Translations under genes and position numbers: made by a program
Notes under the pieces: model-generated
The model's database searches: none
Told to the model about the DNA's origin: nothing
Seen by the model: only the letters and a program-made list of their open reading frames with translations
Assembly (NCBI GenBank): GCA_965202585.1
Contig: OZ241831.1
Span: 43,896,001-43,960,000 of the forward strand
Length of the DNA stretch: 64,000 nucleotides
Direction: 5' to 3'
DNA from: Thalia democratica
Taxonomy: Eukaryota
Shown: piece after piece, positions 1 through 13,200 of the stretch
Layout: each line of letters starts with the position of its first letter
Position numbering within the stretch: the stretch's first letter is position 1

Positions 1-3000
1 ATTTAATTTTACCTTTTTTATTTTCTCAGGTAGAATACACCCCCTGAACCAGTCACCTGAGAATTAAGAAAACTTTATTTATTTATTATCAGAACACATC
101 ATAGATCAAAAACTTATAGACTTTGTGTGTACAAACTGTAGGAAAACAATTTAAAAGTTTTAACATGATCGAAAGTAAGTAAAAATATTTTTTTTTAAGT
201 CATGAAGTATACTTTCAGTTACTATTTTATTAGTTATTCTGGAATAAAACATATACTCATCAAAACCTGCATACTCTTCAACAATATGAACTGTGTCACC
301 AATGCTAAGTTCAAGGTGGTGTTCATTTTCAGATGAGTAGTTGTATACAGCTGTTGAAATGTTTTTGAAAATTGCATATATCTAGCTCACTCTATTTTTA
401 TTATGTTACAACAACTTTTTATACATTGTTATTAAAAGTTATCGTTCAATATCAAAAAGTGTTTTCTTAAAATAACATTGCAAAATACTGCTCTTTTGAA
501 GAAAAAATAGTGATATAGTTTAATTGCAACTACCAATAACATTTAAAAAAATTAATGATGACAAAGTAAAATAGAAAAAAAATAAACTAAAATTTAAGAA
601 AAATTTATAATTTCTTAATAATAATAGAAAATATTTTTTGAGTAAAAAATATAACTAAACATTATAAATTAATTCAATAAATATAAAACAAGGATTTAGA
701 ACTTTAGAAGTTTTAAAACAACTCTAATCATAAAGAAATAAATTGTATACGTAAGTATACTGTATAATTCTTTTTTGAAATCTATCTTAACTTACCTACA
801 CCAAACTTAGGTTTTGAAAAGGCAGTCCAAACCATACTTGTTTCTTATTCAAATTTCCTTCTGTAAGTTAAACTTGATGGTTTTAATAACACATGTTATT
901 TATAAGGCTGAAAAATTATTTATTTTTACAAAATTAGTATCAAAAAGATCAGTAAATGACTAAAAAGATGCTCAACATTTGGACTGCTTATTGGACTTTT
1001 TTTTAGCTTATCTGAACTTAATTGAAATATCTGTAGTTCAAATGTTTTTTTTAACTTCTTAAATTTAAACAACAAGGTTAACTTTAACATAAAAAAAATC
1101 ATTCTGAGTGACCAAAAGCTAGTTTGAAATTTTGAAAAAACTGAATATAAAAAAAGTATGAGCTAACAACTTAAAAAGCATTTTGCTAGTTAAACTTAAA
1201 TACAAAAAATATATAATAATAATAACAAAAGGACCTGATATTAAGAAGGAAAAACATAAGTAACAAGAAAAAATCTATAAGTTATATAGTCTAGTCTAAA
1301 ATTTCTGAAAACAAACAGTTTTGCTAACAAAATCAAACGGACCAGAGTTTATCAAAAAAAAATCAAACTAGCCCAAGTTTGTGGTAGTCCTGGTGGAATT
1401 TAAATAACCTTTGATTAACTAAAAAGTTAAATTGTATGTACACCATAATTAACAGTAACATAAACTGCTATTAAGGCAGCAATAAAGGGAGGAGTTCAAA
1501 ATATTTTTAAGAATTAAAATTGGTTCTTATGTGAAAGCTTTAAGTATAAACTACAGGCCAGTTTTGGTGGAACTTACAAACTTTTAAGTTTTGAACTATT
1601 AAAGTTTTTGTAAAAAGTTTCTGGTACAAAAGTATGGGCTGAACATTTTTAAATAGTCAGTTTTATTTTTTGGAAAATTAAATATTCACCAAAAATTACC
1701 TTTGTCTTCCTTATATGAGCTAGAGACCTCAAATATATTAGAAACACTCCTTATATAGTTAAAAATACTCTAAATGTTTGAATTTAAAATTATTGATTTA
1801 TAATTTTAGATAAAAAAAGTAAGTTTTTTTTATTAATTTCTTTCTTAATTAAAAAAACTGTGAGTTGAATAGATTTAACATTGGTATTTGACTTATTGTA
1901 AAAATTTAAAGAAGACTGGTTTGATAGTGGAGGAGGAAATAGGCAATTTTGAGCTTTTGGCTGTGCCTTCCATAAAGAACCTGTGGGGCTCACTGATTTT
2001 CTTGAAATCTTCTTTGAATTGCTAAAAATTTCTGATAGCTAAGATAAAGTTCTACAAAAAATAAAATAAACTTTTGAAAAAAATATGGATGCTTCTATGA
2101 ACTTAAAATATTTATTTATTTGTATTTTATTTAATAACGAAAGAGTAACTTTGTACAATATAAATCAGAAAACAATATAGAAAATACATAAGATATTCTT
2201 AATAGAAAAATTCAAATTGTTCATCTTTTTACAAACAAAAATGTAAAACATTATTAGTTGTAAAATGTATCAAAATTTAAATATGTCTAAAAGCACTTAG
2301 TTTTAACTTTTTGTTTTATTTTTATATAGAAAATGAAAGTTGTACATATTAAATTCTTATTAATAGTTATACTTTTGCAATTACAGAAAAAAAAGGTTGA
2401 TGACAATCATTTACAAACATATGCCTTTTATAGAGCAATAATGGTAACAGCCTAGAACATTTAAGCTTATGTTGGGTCATTGGGTATAACGTTTAAAAGT
2501 AGAAACAAAGGCTTATGTTTCTTTAATAACAAAAAAAACAAAAACTTAAAACATTTTTTTAAAACATACTTGGATAAAAGAATAGAAATAAAGACTGGAA
2601 AGCTTTAGCATAGTACAAAAAAAATTAAAACCAAAACATGACTGTCTGTATTCTTTTCTGCTACTAAAAAAATGTGGTAGCAAAAATTATATTTATATAA
2701 AAGAGAATGTGATTACTCTTTGGTAACTATCAACATTTTTAAACTATATTTTAAATAGATTTTTAAACATTTGTGCAACTTTAATGTGGTTTTTTAAAAC
2801 TTATTAACATAATAATGCTTACAAACTTTTAGCTTATAACATTTTAAACATTTTTGTTTATATTTTGTTGACAAAATGGCCTACTTTTAAAGGTCAATAA
2901 AACAACTGTTTCACATTAAAAAACCATTGAGTCTTATTTTAAAAATACTTTTTATTGAATATTATTATCATTATATTAAGTAACACCTTGTATTGTTATT

Positions 3001-5880
3001 TGTTTCAAGTAATACAACTCTAAGATTTTTTTAATAGCTTGTAACACTGAAAGTGTTTGATTTCTATGTTGCTTGATGATCAAAAAGTGTGTTCATTTTT
3101 TTTCTCTCTTATTTTTATTAAATTATAATAATATATATAATTATAATTCAATTATTTTAAAGTAGATTACTACTTTTTACTTTTCAACAAACAAACATTT
3201 CTAGTGGATACAGCTATAAAGAAAGAAAAATGTTTTTTAATCTGGGAATTGAAGCTCACAATTGTTGTCAAGGGATTGGTGTGAAAAAAGACCTTCGAGT
3301 CATTAAGCCACACATGTTCATCAAAAGAATATTTAAAAGAGATGGATTCTTATAAACTTATAACTCAGTTCAATATTTTATTCTTATTATGATCTTCAAT
3401 AAGTTTTGTTTTGGGAAAAAGTTTTAAATTTTTAAAAATTGTTTAAAGTTTTTCAGGGAATTTTAACTGAAACTTGCATAAAAGCATCAACAAGCTTTTG
3501 CTGAGAACATATTCTGGAAATTAAGTAATAAGTTGATAAAATTCCAACTATTTTAAATACTTTTTTGCACACTATATATCTGAAATATAAATACATGGTT
3601 ACACTTTTTTAAAACACATTTTTCTATTTGAGAATCTTTTAGCATTCATTTGACTAAATAAAAACACTGATAATAAAAAAGTTCTGCAGCTAAACACTGT
3701 TGCAATTGTATTACTATAAAACTGTTCAACATGAGAAAAAAATCAACAAAATTTACTTAAAGACTAGATACATTAACTATCAGAAAACTATACAAAATTC
3801 ATTTAAATTGCAAGTTGATATTATCCTTTTGTTTTATACCATTTTCATGGCAAAAAACATAATTGTCAAACTTTTTCCTTTTTGCAATATAGAAATTTTC
3901 AGAATCAAGAAAGTAAACTATCATGTGAAGTTTTTGTAGCTTTAGTACATCGTTTTTACAAACCTTTGTTTAGTTTATATGTATACAACAAACTAATACA
4001 GCATAAATAATATAAATTTTTATAAAATCTTAAAAGTAAGTATTTAAGTGTTAGCTTGTTTTGTTACCTCTTTTTAAAGGGAGGCACCTAAGCTAATACC
4101 AAACAAACTTTTAAGATATAGCATTTACAATCAATCGACTAAAATGTTTCTTTTTAGAAGTGCTTTTATAGCAGGACAAAAAAAGTTTATTCCGACTAAG
4201 TACGATGATAATGCTTCAAAAAGGACTGATTAAATAGTTTTTCACTTTCCAGATAGTTTTTTGGAAAAAAAATTTTTTTTTTTACTTTCAACAGTAAGAT
4301 TTACTAGTAACAGTTGATTTCTTTTACAAAAATTTTGTAGTATCAGTCAAAATTTTTTTAATAAACTAACGACAACACACAACACTTAACTATTTCACTG
4401 TCTGTTAAAAACTGTGTTTTTTTGTTTAATAATTTTATATACAGGATTGTGTTTTGCCCAAAACTAGATAACTATATAAGAAAAAGTTTATTAAGAGTAC
4501 TATTTGATACATACAGGCAACAAACAAATATGTTTTAATAAATGTTCGTTTTTGCACATAATTAAAGTGAGACATTTTGACAAAGTTAAACAAATTTTTC
4601 TTTAAATTAAAGTGCAAAAAAAAAAATTAAGTTAAAAAAGAGTATTTTTAAGTATTTTTTATAACGTTAAGGAACTTTAAAATATAAAATCGTTTTTAAT
4701 CGTCGTAATTTTTAACATAATTAATATTTTTTATTTGTTCATTTAAACTAAAAAGTATATAAAACTTAATTTATTTTTTGTTCAAAGCTCTGAGATTTTA
4801 ATATTGTTTAAGTAAAAGTACTTTAAAATTAAAACTTTAAAAGTTATGTTTTAGTAACACTAGCACAAAATTGACACCGTGCTTGTTTTAACCGTTTATA
4901 AATATATCTTTTATTTATACTAGCCTATACAATAAGAACTTTATCAAGTAGATGACTTTTTTTTTTAAAAGTAAATATTTTAGATTCTAATAAAGTTTAT
5001 TATCAAATATGTGAAACATTAAAAGTTAACAACTGTTATTATAAAAATATGTATATGTTGCTTGTTAGATTATTTTGTGACATTTACAATAATACTGAAA
5101 CTAATTATGGTAATTAAGGTTTTTTTGTCTTGGTAAGCTAAAAACTTAATAAAACTTAATTTTGGTTACTCAAAAAAGTAATTCACTTTTTTATCTATTT
5201 GAAGTCGTTAAAAAATAAAGCTTGTGCATTTAAATATGGTATTTAGATTGAATAATATATTTGATTAAAAAATTATCAACACTTTACAAGTTATTAAATA
5301 TGAACAAAAGCAAAGTATTAAAAAAGTTATTTTGTCGCAACTAGAAGCATTTTTTCAGCTTCGAAAAAAGAAACTATTTAAAAGAAATATTAATTTCAGG
5401 TAGATAATTAAAATTTTAGCAATTATTGTTAAAAACCTTATTTAAATAACATAACAAAGCTTTGTTATACGCTTATAGCAAAAGCAGTTTAACACAAGGC
5501 ATGAGTTTTGCTCATTCACGAACAAATTCTTTCTTATGTTTCTTACTAAAAAAATCTTTTCTTTTAATTGTAAACGTAACGTCTTTAAAACTAATTTAAT
5601 TTAAAGTGAGTACAATAAAGTTATAATAACTTAAAAATCTATAAAACGAACTCTTCTTGATAAACAAACTGCTTTAAAAACGTGATTTGAACACTTTATT
5701 TAAAAAACACTCTTTTAGGAAGAGGAGATATAGCTATGAATATTCAAAGAAAGCGATCATCAAAACAAATGAGAAAAAACCAAGTAAAAGTTATTAAAAT
5801 AGTGTTGAAAGCAGAATAAACCACCCAATCGTTGCCAAGCGACGCCATGAATGCCAGGCAACAATTTGAAGAAGCGAAAC

Positions 5881-7561
5881 TTATTCGTGCATGTCGTTGA
5901 ATTTGCGCTGATTATCAGATCTGACGTCGTTTGTTATTAGGCAGCAAATCGACTCGCCGTTACTCAGCCTGATCAGGAGCGACCTTCTCACCATGTCTTG
6001 CAGTTTCCAGTACCCAGTTTTTTTCACGCTCGCACCTGTAACTGCCTGCAAAAGTAATCGCTGTCAACTCTTAAGATTTTTAAGTCGACTTTTTTAAAAA
6101 CTCGAGAAAAAATTAAACAGTTTAAGCGTTTTTAATTTGCGTAAAAAGTTGTTTTATATAGGCTTCATGTGGCTTATCAACATTTGTGGCTTAGTTACTA
6201 CTATAATTTAACTTATTCTGGTATTTATTTGAAAACAGGAGTGTTTTATTTAATTTTTTTGCTTTAAGTCGCAATAGACGCATTTTATTACAACACTTGG
6301 GGAGTCTAAATCAAGCCTTGTTTTATTTAAAAAAGACCTATTCGGAGACGGCTCTAGGCTTTTTTAAGTTCAAAGTAAACTGACTGATTCGGAATTTACG
6401 CTAATTATAAGTTTTATCTCTTATCACTTACTTTTTTAAACACATTTTAAGTATGTTTTAAGATACACAATCTTAAATTCTAATATTTTAGTAATCATTC
6501 TTAGTCCACGATATTTTTTTTCTAAAGATTTATAAACATTAATCTTAAGATGGAACATTGGTAGAAAAACAACTATTAGTGGGAATCATACTTCGCTTTA
6601 TTATTACAGTTTTGCTTTCAAGTAATTGTTTTTATTCTTTTTATTGTATTTTGTAAAGTAACATGTAACCCAAAATAATTTATTCTTTAGGCTGCCGACC
6701 CATGACATAAAGCTATTAAGCTATCTGAGTAGTAGACGACCAAGAATAACAGTTTATAAATACATGTTAATTAAACAGGGCTGGAAAACTAAGTAGGTCA
6801 GCAATAACAAATTAGTCATGTCCTTAATATTTTATAAGTAAGCATTTTTTAATACTAAAGGCCACTAAAAACGATTCATGTGGTACCTGATGATCGGGTT
6901 TGAACTCATCATCCGGTGACCTGAGCTCCCAGTCCATTTCGCTCACTGAACCGTCGTCGTTCGTAAAAAAATTGGCAATCGTGTACGTGAAACCTCTATA
7001 TCTGAAAAGTTAATGATTCAATTGTTGTCATGCAACTAGCACAAAATGCTTTTATCTTAATAAAGATCTCCTTGAGACTAAATCTGCTACTGTTGTATGA
7101 GGTTCTCAATGTTAAAAAACATGTATGATATGTTTACAAAAGCATGTGGCATTCCTAACAAAAAACTAATAAAGAAAATAAATAAGACATCTATGTAACT
7201 TTATTTTGTGAATTAAAAACTTACAATGTTATACACGTAAATAGTATGGTAGTTAATTAATAACCTCTTTTAATCAGATTACCATTATACTAAAACGTCA
7301 CAACTTTAACCTCGACAGTCTTTCGCAGTTGCCACGTTTCAGCGGCCTCTTTATAAACTCCACCTTAATCAAATTCACTCCTCCTGTAACGCTGAATTTG
7401 CTCCTTCCAATCATCTTGTTGCCGGTTTGGTGGAGCATTATGACGCCATTGCCGTTCTCAGTATCGGGAAACTCACATCTGGCGTAATTTCTAATGCTGT
7501 CCGCCGTGGCGAAGGAAAATAAGAGGCAAACAGCCAACATTGATAACATGAACTTAGTCAT
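5881..7561 (-). CDS. Secreted Cu/Zn-SOD (SOD3)-fold protein lacking metal ligands, 176 aa, 3 exons
   Basis: Exons 7561-7311, 7001-6887 and 6045-5881, with GT-AG introns and matching phases (2, 0). The N-terminus is signal-peptide-like (MTKFMLSMLAVCLLFSFATA). Motifs align by eye to SOD3: YARCEF/HAACQV, GVIMLHQ/GVVLFRQ, GNCER/QGCES, IANFFTNDDGSV/FGNFAVRDGSL, DMVRRSLLIR/SIVGRAVVVH, SICCLI/LACCVV. Confidence 0.8.
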
Positions 7562-10256
7562 ATTGTTCGAATGTAAATTTCTGTGAAGTTTGTTACGCTG
7601 TTAATTTCATGTGTTTATAAAGCACTTATCAAAATTCATAAAATAATAGTTTTAAGTTTGTAAAATAAATAAGTAGACAGAACACAAAATATATTTTTAC
7701 AGTTTTGAACTTAACTTAGCAAGATTATTTTAGTCCTAGTGTTAAATTAGATGGTTTTTCAAAACCTCATACGATTGTCCTAACATACATATTTTTTATC
7801 AATGTTAAAATAATTTTGAATTTTTTAAATTAAGTTTCCAAACAGTACTTGAGCTAAACTGTTCAACAGTTCTGCTGAACAAACATAAATTACTAATTTT
7901 TTTGAGCTTATATACTGCTAAGTGTTTCGTAATAAAAAATAAGTCACTAATTATAAATCATAAGTCATAATGGTTTGTGCAAAAAAATGTTAAGCATTGT
8001 AAAAATTATTATATGAAAACACTAGTTAAAGCACCACTTATTTAGTCATTATACATAACACACTAGAGTTGGATACTCGATAATCTACATTTGTATAATG
8101 TAGATGTGCCAAATTATTTTATTAATAACTCATTCATTAAAATAAAAAAATTAATTTAAAAAGCTTCACTTTACGAAAATCAGACTAAGACTTATACTAA
8201 TTAGCAAATTGAGCGTGCCCAGGCAAGAAAATAACTTTTTACCGTATAAAAATTTCGTTACTGACTTTTTAGAAATATATTGATAGACTTTGATTTGTTT
8301 TAGTTTCTGGCTATTCAAAAAAATAAACTAAAATACTCGTGACTAAACTTCCGACATAATTTAACCAAGCTTTTTGCTAATGCTTTAAAGATTTATATAT
8401 GAATGTTGTTAAATTTTATATTGTCAAATATCCATTATGCAACATGTGTTTGTACAAATATTGATTTTACACATCTAAGTACTTGCTTAATTTTTATAAA
8501 AAATAACCACTAAAAGTTTAAGTATCAAAAAATCCTAACACACTTTTTTATTAAGACCTTTTTAAATCCTCATTACAAAACGCTGCTTACATTAAAGTAA
8601 GCTTCATATTTGCCGTCAGTTATGCCAAGGCCTACTTTTATATTTCATTACAAACTCAACAACTTATTATGCTATTTTCAACAGTTTACCAACCCCTGTA
8701 TTAAGTAAACGTAGTTTATAAGAAAATACCAAAGCGGTTGGTAACAAAGTGTTATAGATCCTTGTTCGTAGAAATATATTGTTACCGAATAAAAATATTG
8801 AACAGTATTTAAACATATTTGATTTGTATTAAAAATAATTTTTTGCTAGAAAATATTTGAAAACTGTAATATTAAAATTCAAATCAATTTTATGGCAGCA
8901 GTTTTTTTTCGTTGAGTATCTCTTAAAAACTGTTAGTAACTTTATTTACGCTTGAAAAGTGTTCTTTAGATAATTACTAAAATGTTTTAAATTGAGAATG
9001 AAAATATTTACTTTCTTCGTTTTCACAAGAAAAAGAGTTATATTGATAAACTTTTTAGTAGTAAAATTTAGACCTCATATGGCATTTTAAGTTAATATGA
9101 GTTTAATTTAATAATAAAATATTTACTTCTAACTTTTTTTTACTAATTTTAAACAATTACGTTTTGAAGTCCTTTCAATTATATTACTTTTTTTAACTTT
9201 GAAAACATAAAATTGTACACATTTCTAAACTTCTTGTTTTTATCGCAAACTTAGTCATACTTGATATTTACATTTTTAAGTAAACTTTTCTTAACTAAAT
9301 AGGTTTAAGTTTAAGTGCGAGGATATGAGTTAGAAATACATCAAACTAGTCTATAGGATCTTAAAAGTAATACTTTATTTAGTGTCAATTGAAAATTTAC
9401 AAAAAATTATGTGAATAGTGTTAATAAGTATGAATATTTATAAGATAAATAAGTATAATTTCAACTTTCTCTTTTTAAAAGTTTTTGAACTAGGGTTCAG
9501 CAAACTACTATCCTAGAGCCCGCGGTTTATCCCTTCATTAAATTATCTTGAAGTAAACAACCTTTTTTTTTTTAACGCAAATGCTGTAAACTCTTTTATA
9601 AAAAATAAAATTTTAATTGTTTATTTGATTAATTTTTTTAAGTTAACTGCTTTAATTTCTACAAAAGAGAACCAACAGCTCATAGATTTTTTTTGTTAAG
9701 TGCGAACATTTACTTATCAACGACTGCTGACTTCTTAAGACAATCTCATTAAGCTTTTTTTTAAATATATTAAACGTTGTTTAAGTGTATTTGTTTTTAT
9801 TTTAAAACCAGTTATCGAAAATACAAAAAACAATCCCTAATCAAGCGTTAAACAAATGAGAATAGCTGTAAAGTTTTTTAAGAAGGTTTTTGTAAGTAAA
9901 TTTAGTTTTTTTTAATGCAAAGAAATGCTTATTGGGTTTATATAATTGCATCTTGTTTGCTAAATTAAAAGTTATTCATCTGGAAAACTATTAAGCAATG
10001 TGTTTTAATAAAGGTTTAAAATTTACCATAACTTCAATAAAACTAATGCTCTGACTGTCAAGTGTTCGTAATACATATAAAATTAATACTAGTATTTTAG
10101 CAAAGTAGACTAAAAGTATATATTGCCAGTAAAAACAAAGTGAAACAGAGTAAAAATTAAGTTGTTTGCCCGATGCGCATTTACACTAAGAAAAGCAAAA
10201 AGCGCGAGACGCAACCACGTAAAAATATAAAGAACAAATAAGGCACTTTTCAGTAA

Positions 10257-13200
10257 TCAGTTTGTTGTGTTATCAGCATTAAAAGTCGCATTGTCGTTTT
10301 CGTAGGGTAGAAGTATTCCAGGTGCAATCCCTATTGTGAGAAACGTCGTGAACACAAAGTAGAACGTGTAGAACCAAATAGCAAATCTGTAAAAAGTTGT
10401 AACAGTTTGTATGTAGTTGTAAAAAAAAACTCTACTAATATGTGAATTACGGAAAGCTGTTAATAATACAAACAAAAAACGTTCTTAAATCTTAAAAACA
10501 GTTTTTTTTTCAGTTTAAACAGTCGGAATTTAATAGAACGACTATACTAAGGTTTTAAATAAAAGGAAAATTTTCTTTTTAAAACTTGAGATTTTTTTTT
10601 ACTTTTAAGTTTAAATTTTGATAGGTTACCTACTTGCTTTATTTTACTTTAAAATACTGGCAAGGATTTTTGTTGATAAATTACAGGCATTTAAAAAAAT
10701 TTTTTGATTTAATAATTTTATTTATTAAAAATTATTTTTATTATTAAAAGCCTTGATAACTGTCAATAACAGGGCTGGTTGCAATAGACTTTTTACATAT
10801 ACAGATCATATTAAAAGCAGAAATTTTAAGATAAAATAAATATAAAAGTTTACAAAGTATACGACCACAACAAGTATTTGATAACAACTGCATGACATTC
10901 ATGATGTGAAAACAATTTTTTTTTTGTTAAAACATGCTAGTAATAAGATGACGTCATGACTGAAAGTATGACGTCACAACTAACGTGTCGAGGACGTGAG
11001 CGGCAAACTTCCACTCGAGGGCGCACTTTTCATCTTCGTCCTCGTCTCTCATGCGTGACGTGATCTTGTCCAGTTGGCGGTTGATCCTTGAAAGCTCCCT
11101 GTTGGGATAAGACTGTTGTGACTTTGTACACGTAATAAAGTAAATTTGATTGAAAGCTTGGAAGCTCCCTGCTGGTTGGGAGAAATCGTTGAGACTACAT
11201 TAACATAATAGAGTATATTTAGTGTTTGCTATTATTAAATGTAATTTTTTCAATTGGATTCTTAAAAAAAAAATTTTTATTATAAAATTTAGTGGTATAT
11301 CATTCTACAGAAAAAAATTAAAAGTCCAAAATGAAAGTCGATCAATATTGACATGTAAAATTTAAACATTTCTTTTTATTTATTGCTTTACTAATTAAAG
11401 TATTGATCAAAAGTTATCAAAATTAGTCAAACAATCAAATAATTAGTTTTATAATGCTTCTACAGCTACTAAGTTTTCAGTTTAAACTAGCTATCATTAA
11501 TTTTTTTAAGAATTAATACAGACTACAAAACTAAATTATTTGAGGAACAACTTATGTAATTTCTCAATATTATTTTAAAAACCTCGCAGTTTCAGTAGCT
11601 GCAGCATCTGGTTTTTTCAGGTTTGTTGAAATGCAAATGTTGTTTTCCTTGTCAACTACTGTTCCATTACAGTTTAAATTTTTTAGTTTCCATCTCTGCC
11701 TCTGGGAACGATTTAATAAGTTTTAAGCAAAATAATATTTTTTAACCTTAAACTAGCTTTTAACTAAAAACACTAGTATTTTTTTTAGAATTTTCTGTGT
11801 TTTAAGTTATAGCTAAAGTATGTTTTCTGTTATTTAAGCTTAATCTAATTTGTTTTAATATTAAAAGTAAAACATAAAATTAAGATACCTTATATGAATA
11901 ATAGTCATGTTTACTTGACAACTCTTCATAGAGTTTGTTAATGTTTTGCATATTATAATTCAAACTAAAATAGTACTGATTTATTTTTTTAGTACAGCAA
12001 AACTGTAAATTAGTTAGTGCTCAAACACAAATAAATTACAATTAATACGGGGTCATGGTCCTCGTATTGTTTTGTTACGTCAACAAATTTATTCTTACAG
12101 CTCATTTCTCCGGGTCGTTTTATTTTCAAGTATCTCGGTAGCACTCCCAAAAACAACCATCGAATCTGTGAAAATTATGTTTTTGATGTTTTTTTCTTTT
12201 ACATAATAAAAGTTTTATAAATTAAGTATAAACTAGTTGTTATTAGTATATATATATATATTAGGCTTTATAAATATCTCTAACAAGTTAGTAAAGTGTT
12301 TGATAAACTTACCAGGCTTTGTCTGATTTTTTTTGAAAAAATTAAAGTCTATTTATGTACTCATTAAAAAAAAGTTTTTAATACACAAATACTTGAGATG
12401 AACACATTAACACTAAATTTGTTGAAACTGACCCATTTAGGCATGGCGTGCGCGTTGCTTGCATTTTTGCCATGAAAGTTCAGCGCAACAACAGTCACCA
12501 GAACGGAAGATGACACCATGACAATGCTGCTTGCAAAGTAGTTGCCTGAAACAATACAAGCTAAATTTATCTCCTACAGTTGCTAGATAAGACAAGTAAC
12601 TTATGCAGTTCAAAACAAATTAAATGATAAAAAAGTGCTTTTTAACTTCTTTTAAATTAAAATTTTATCGTATAACATTTCAGTTTAAGGATTGTCAGTT
12701 TAACAAACTAACTTACTTAGTTAAACAAAAATAAGTTTTATTTTCGTTTTACAAACTAAAAGTGAAATTTAAAGTAAAAAAATAACTTGAAATTATAATA
12801 AAATTTGTAAGCAAAATTTTCACATCTTATTATTTATGTGTTTTATATTATTTTTTGTAATATTAAAGCTTCAGATTTAAAACAACTTATGTTTACTACA
12901 GTACTAATTTTAACATGTTGTATTATCAAAAAATTCACCAAGTAGAGGAATAATGTCTGTAGGAGGTAACGTCTCTGCTAAAATTTGTAGGAAAACAACA
13001 AGTGCTAGTAATATTGTTATGCCTGAAAAGTTTTTAAATTTAATTTAGTTATAACATGCATCTTTTAAATACATTAAGTTCAAACTTATTTTAGTGACAC
13101 TTAATTAAAAAATAAAATCAATTTTGGTATGAAAATCCATATAAATTGTTTACAAACTATCGGTTAATGCAATTGAGCCAAAAAACTTAGCTAAGCACTA

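Noticed and set aside
30-174. Acceptor at 29 and strong GTAAGT donor at 175; frame RIHPLNQSPEN* ends at 67
   Set aside because: All frames stop early. It could be a terminal or non-coding exon of a gene outside the window, but this cannot be supported from the sequence.
5359-5820. Possible plus-strand exons (FEKRNYLKEILISG / RGDIAMNIQRKR...) converging on the SOD-like gene
   Set aside because: Short, AT-rich, no recognisable homology, and such splice signals are common by chance.
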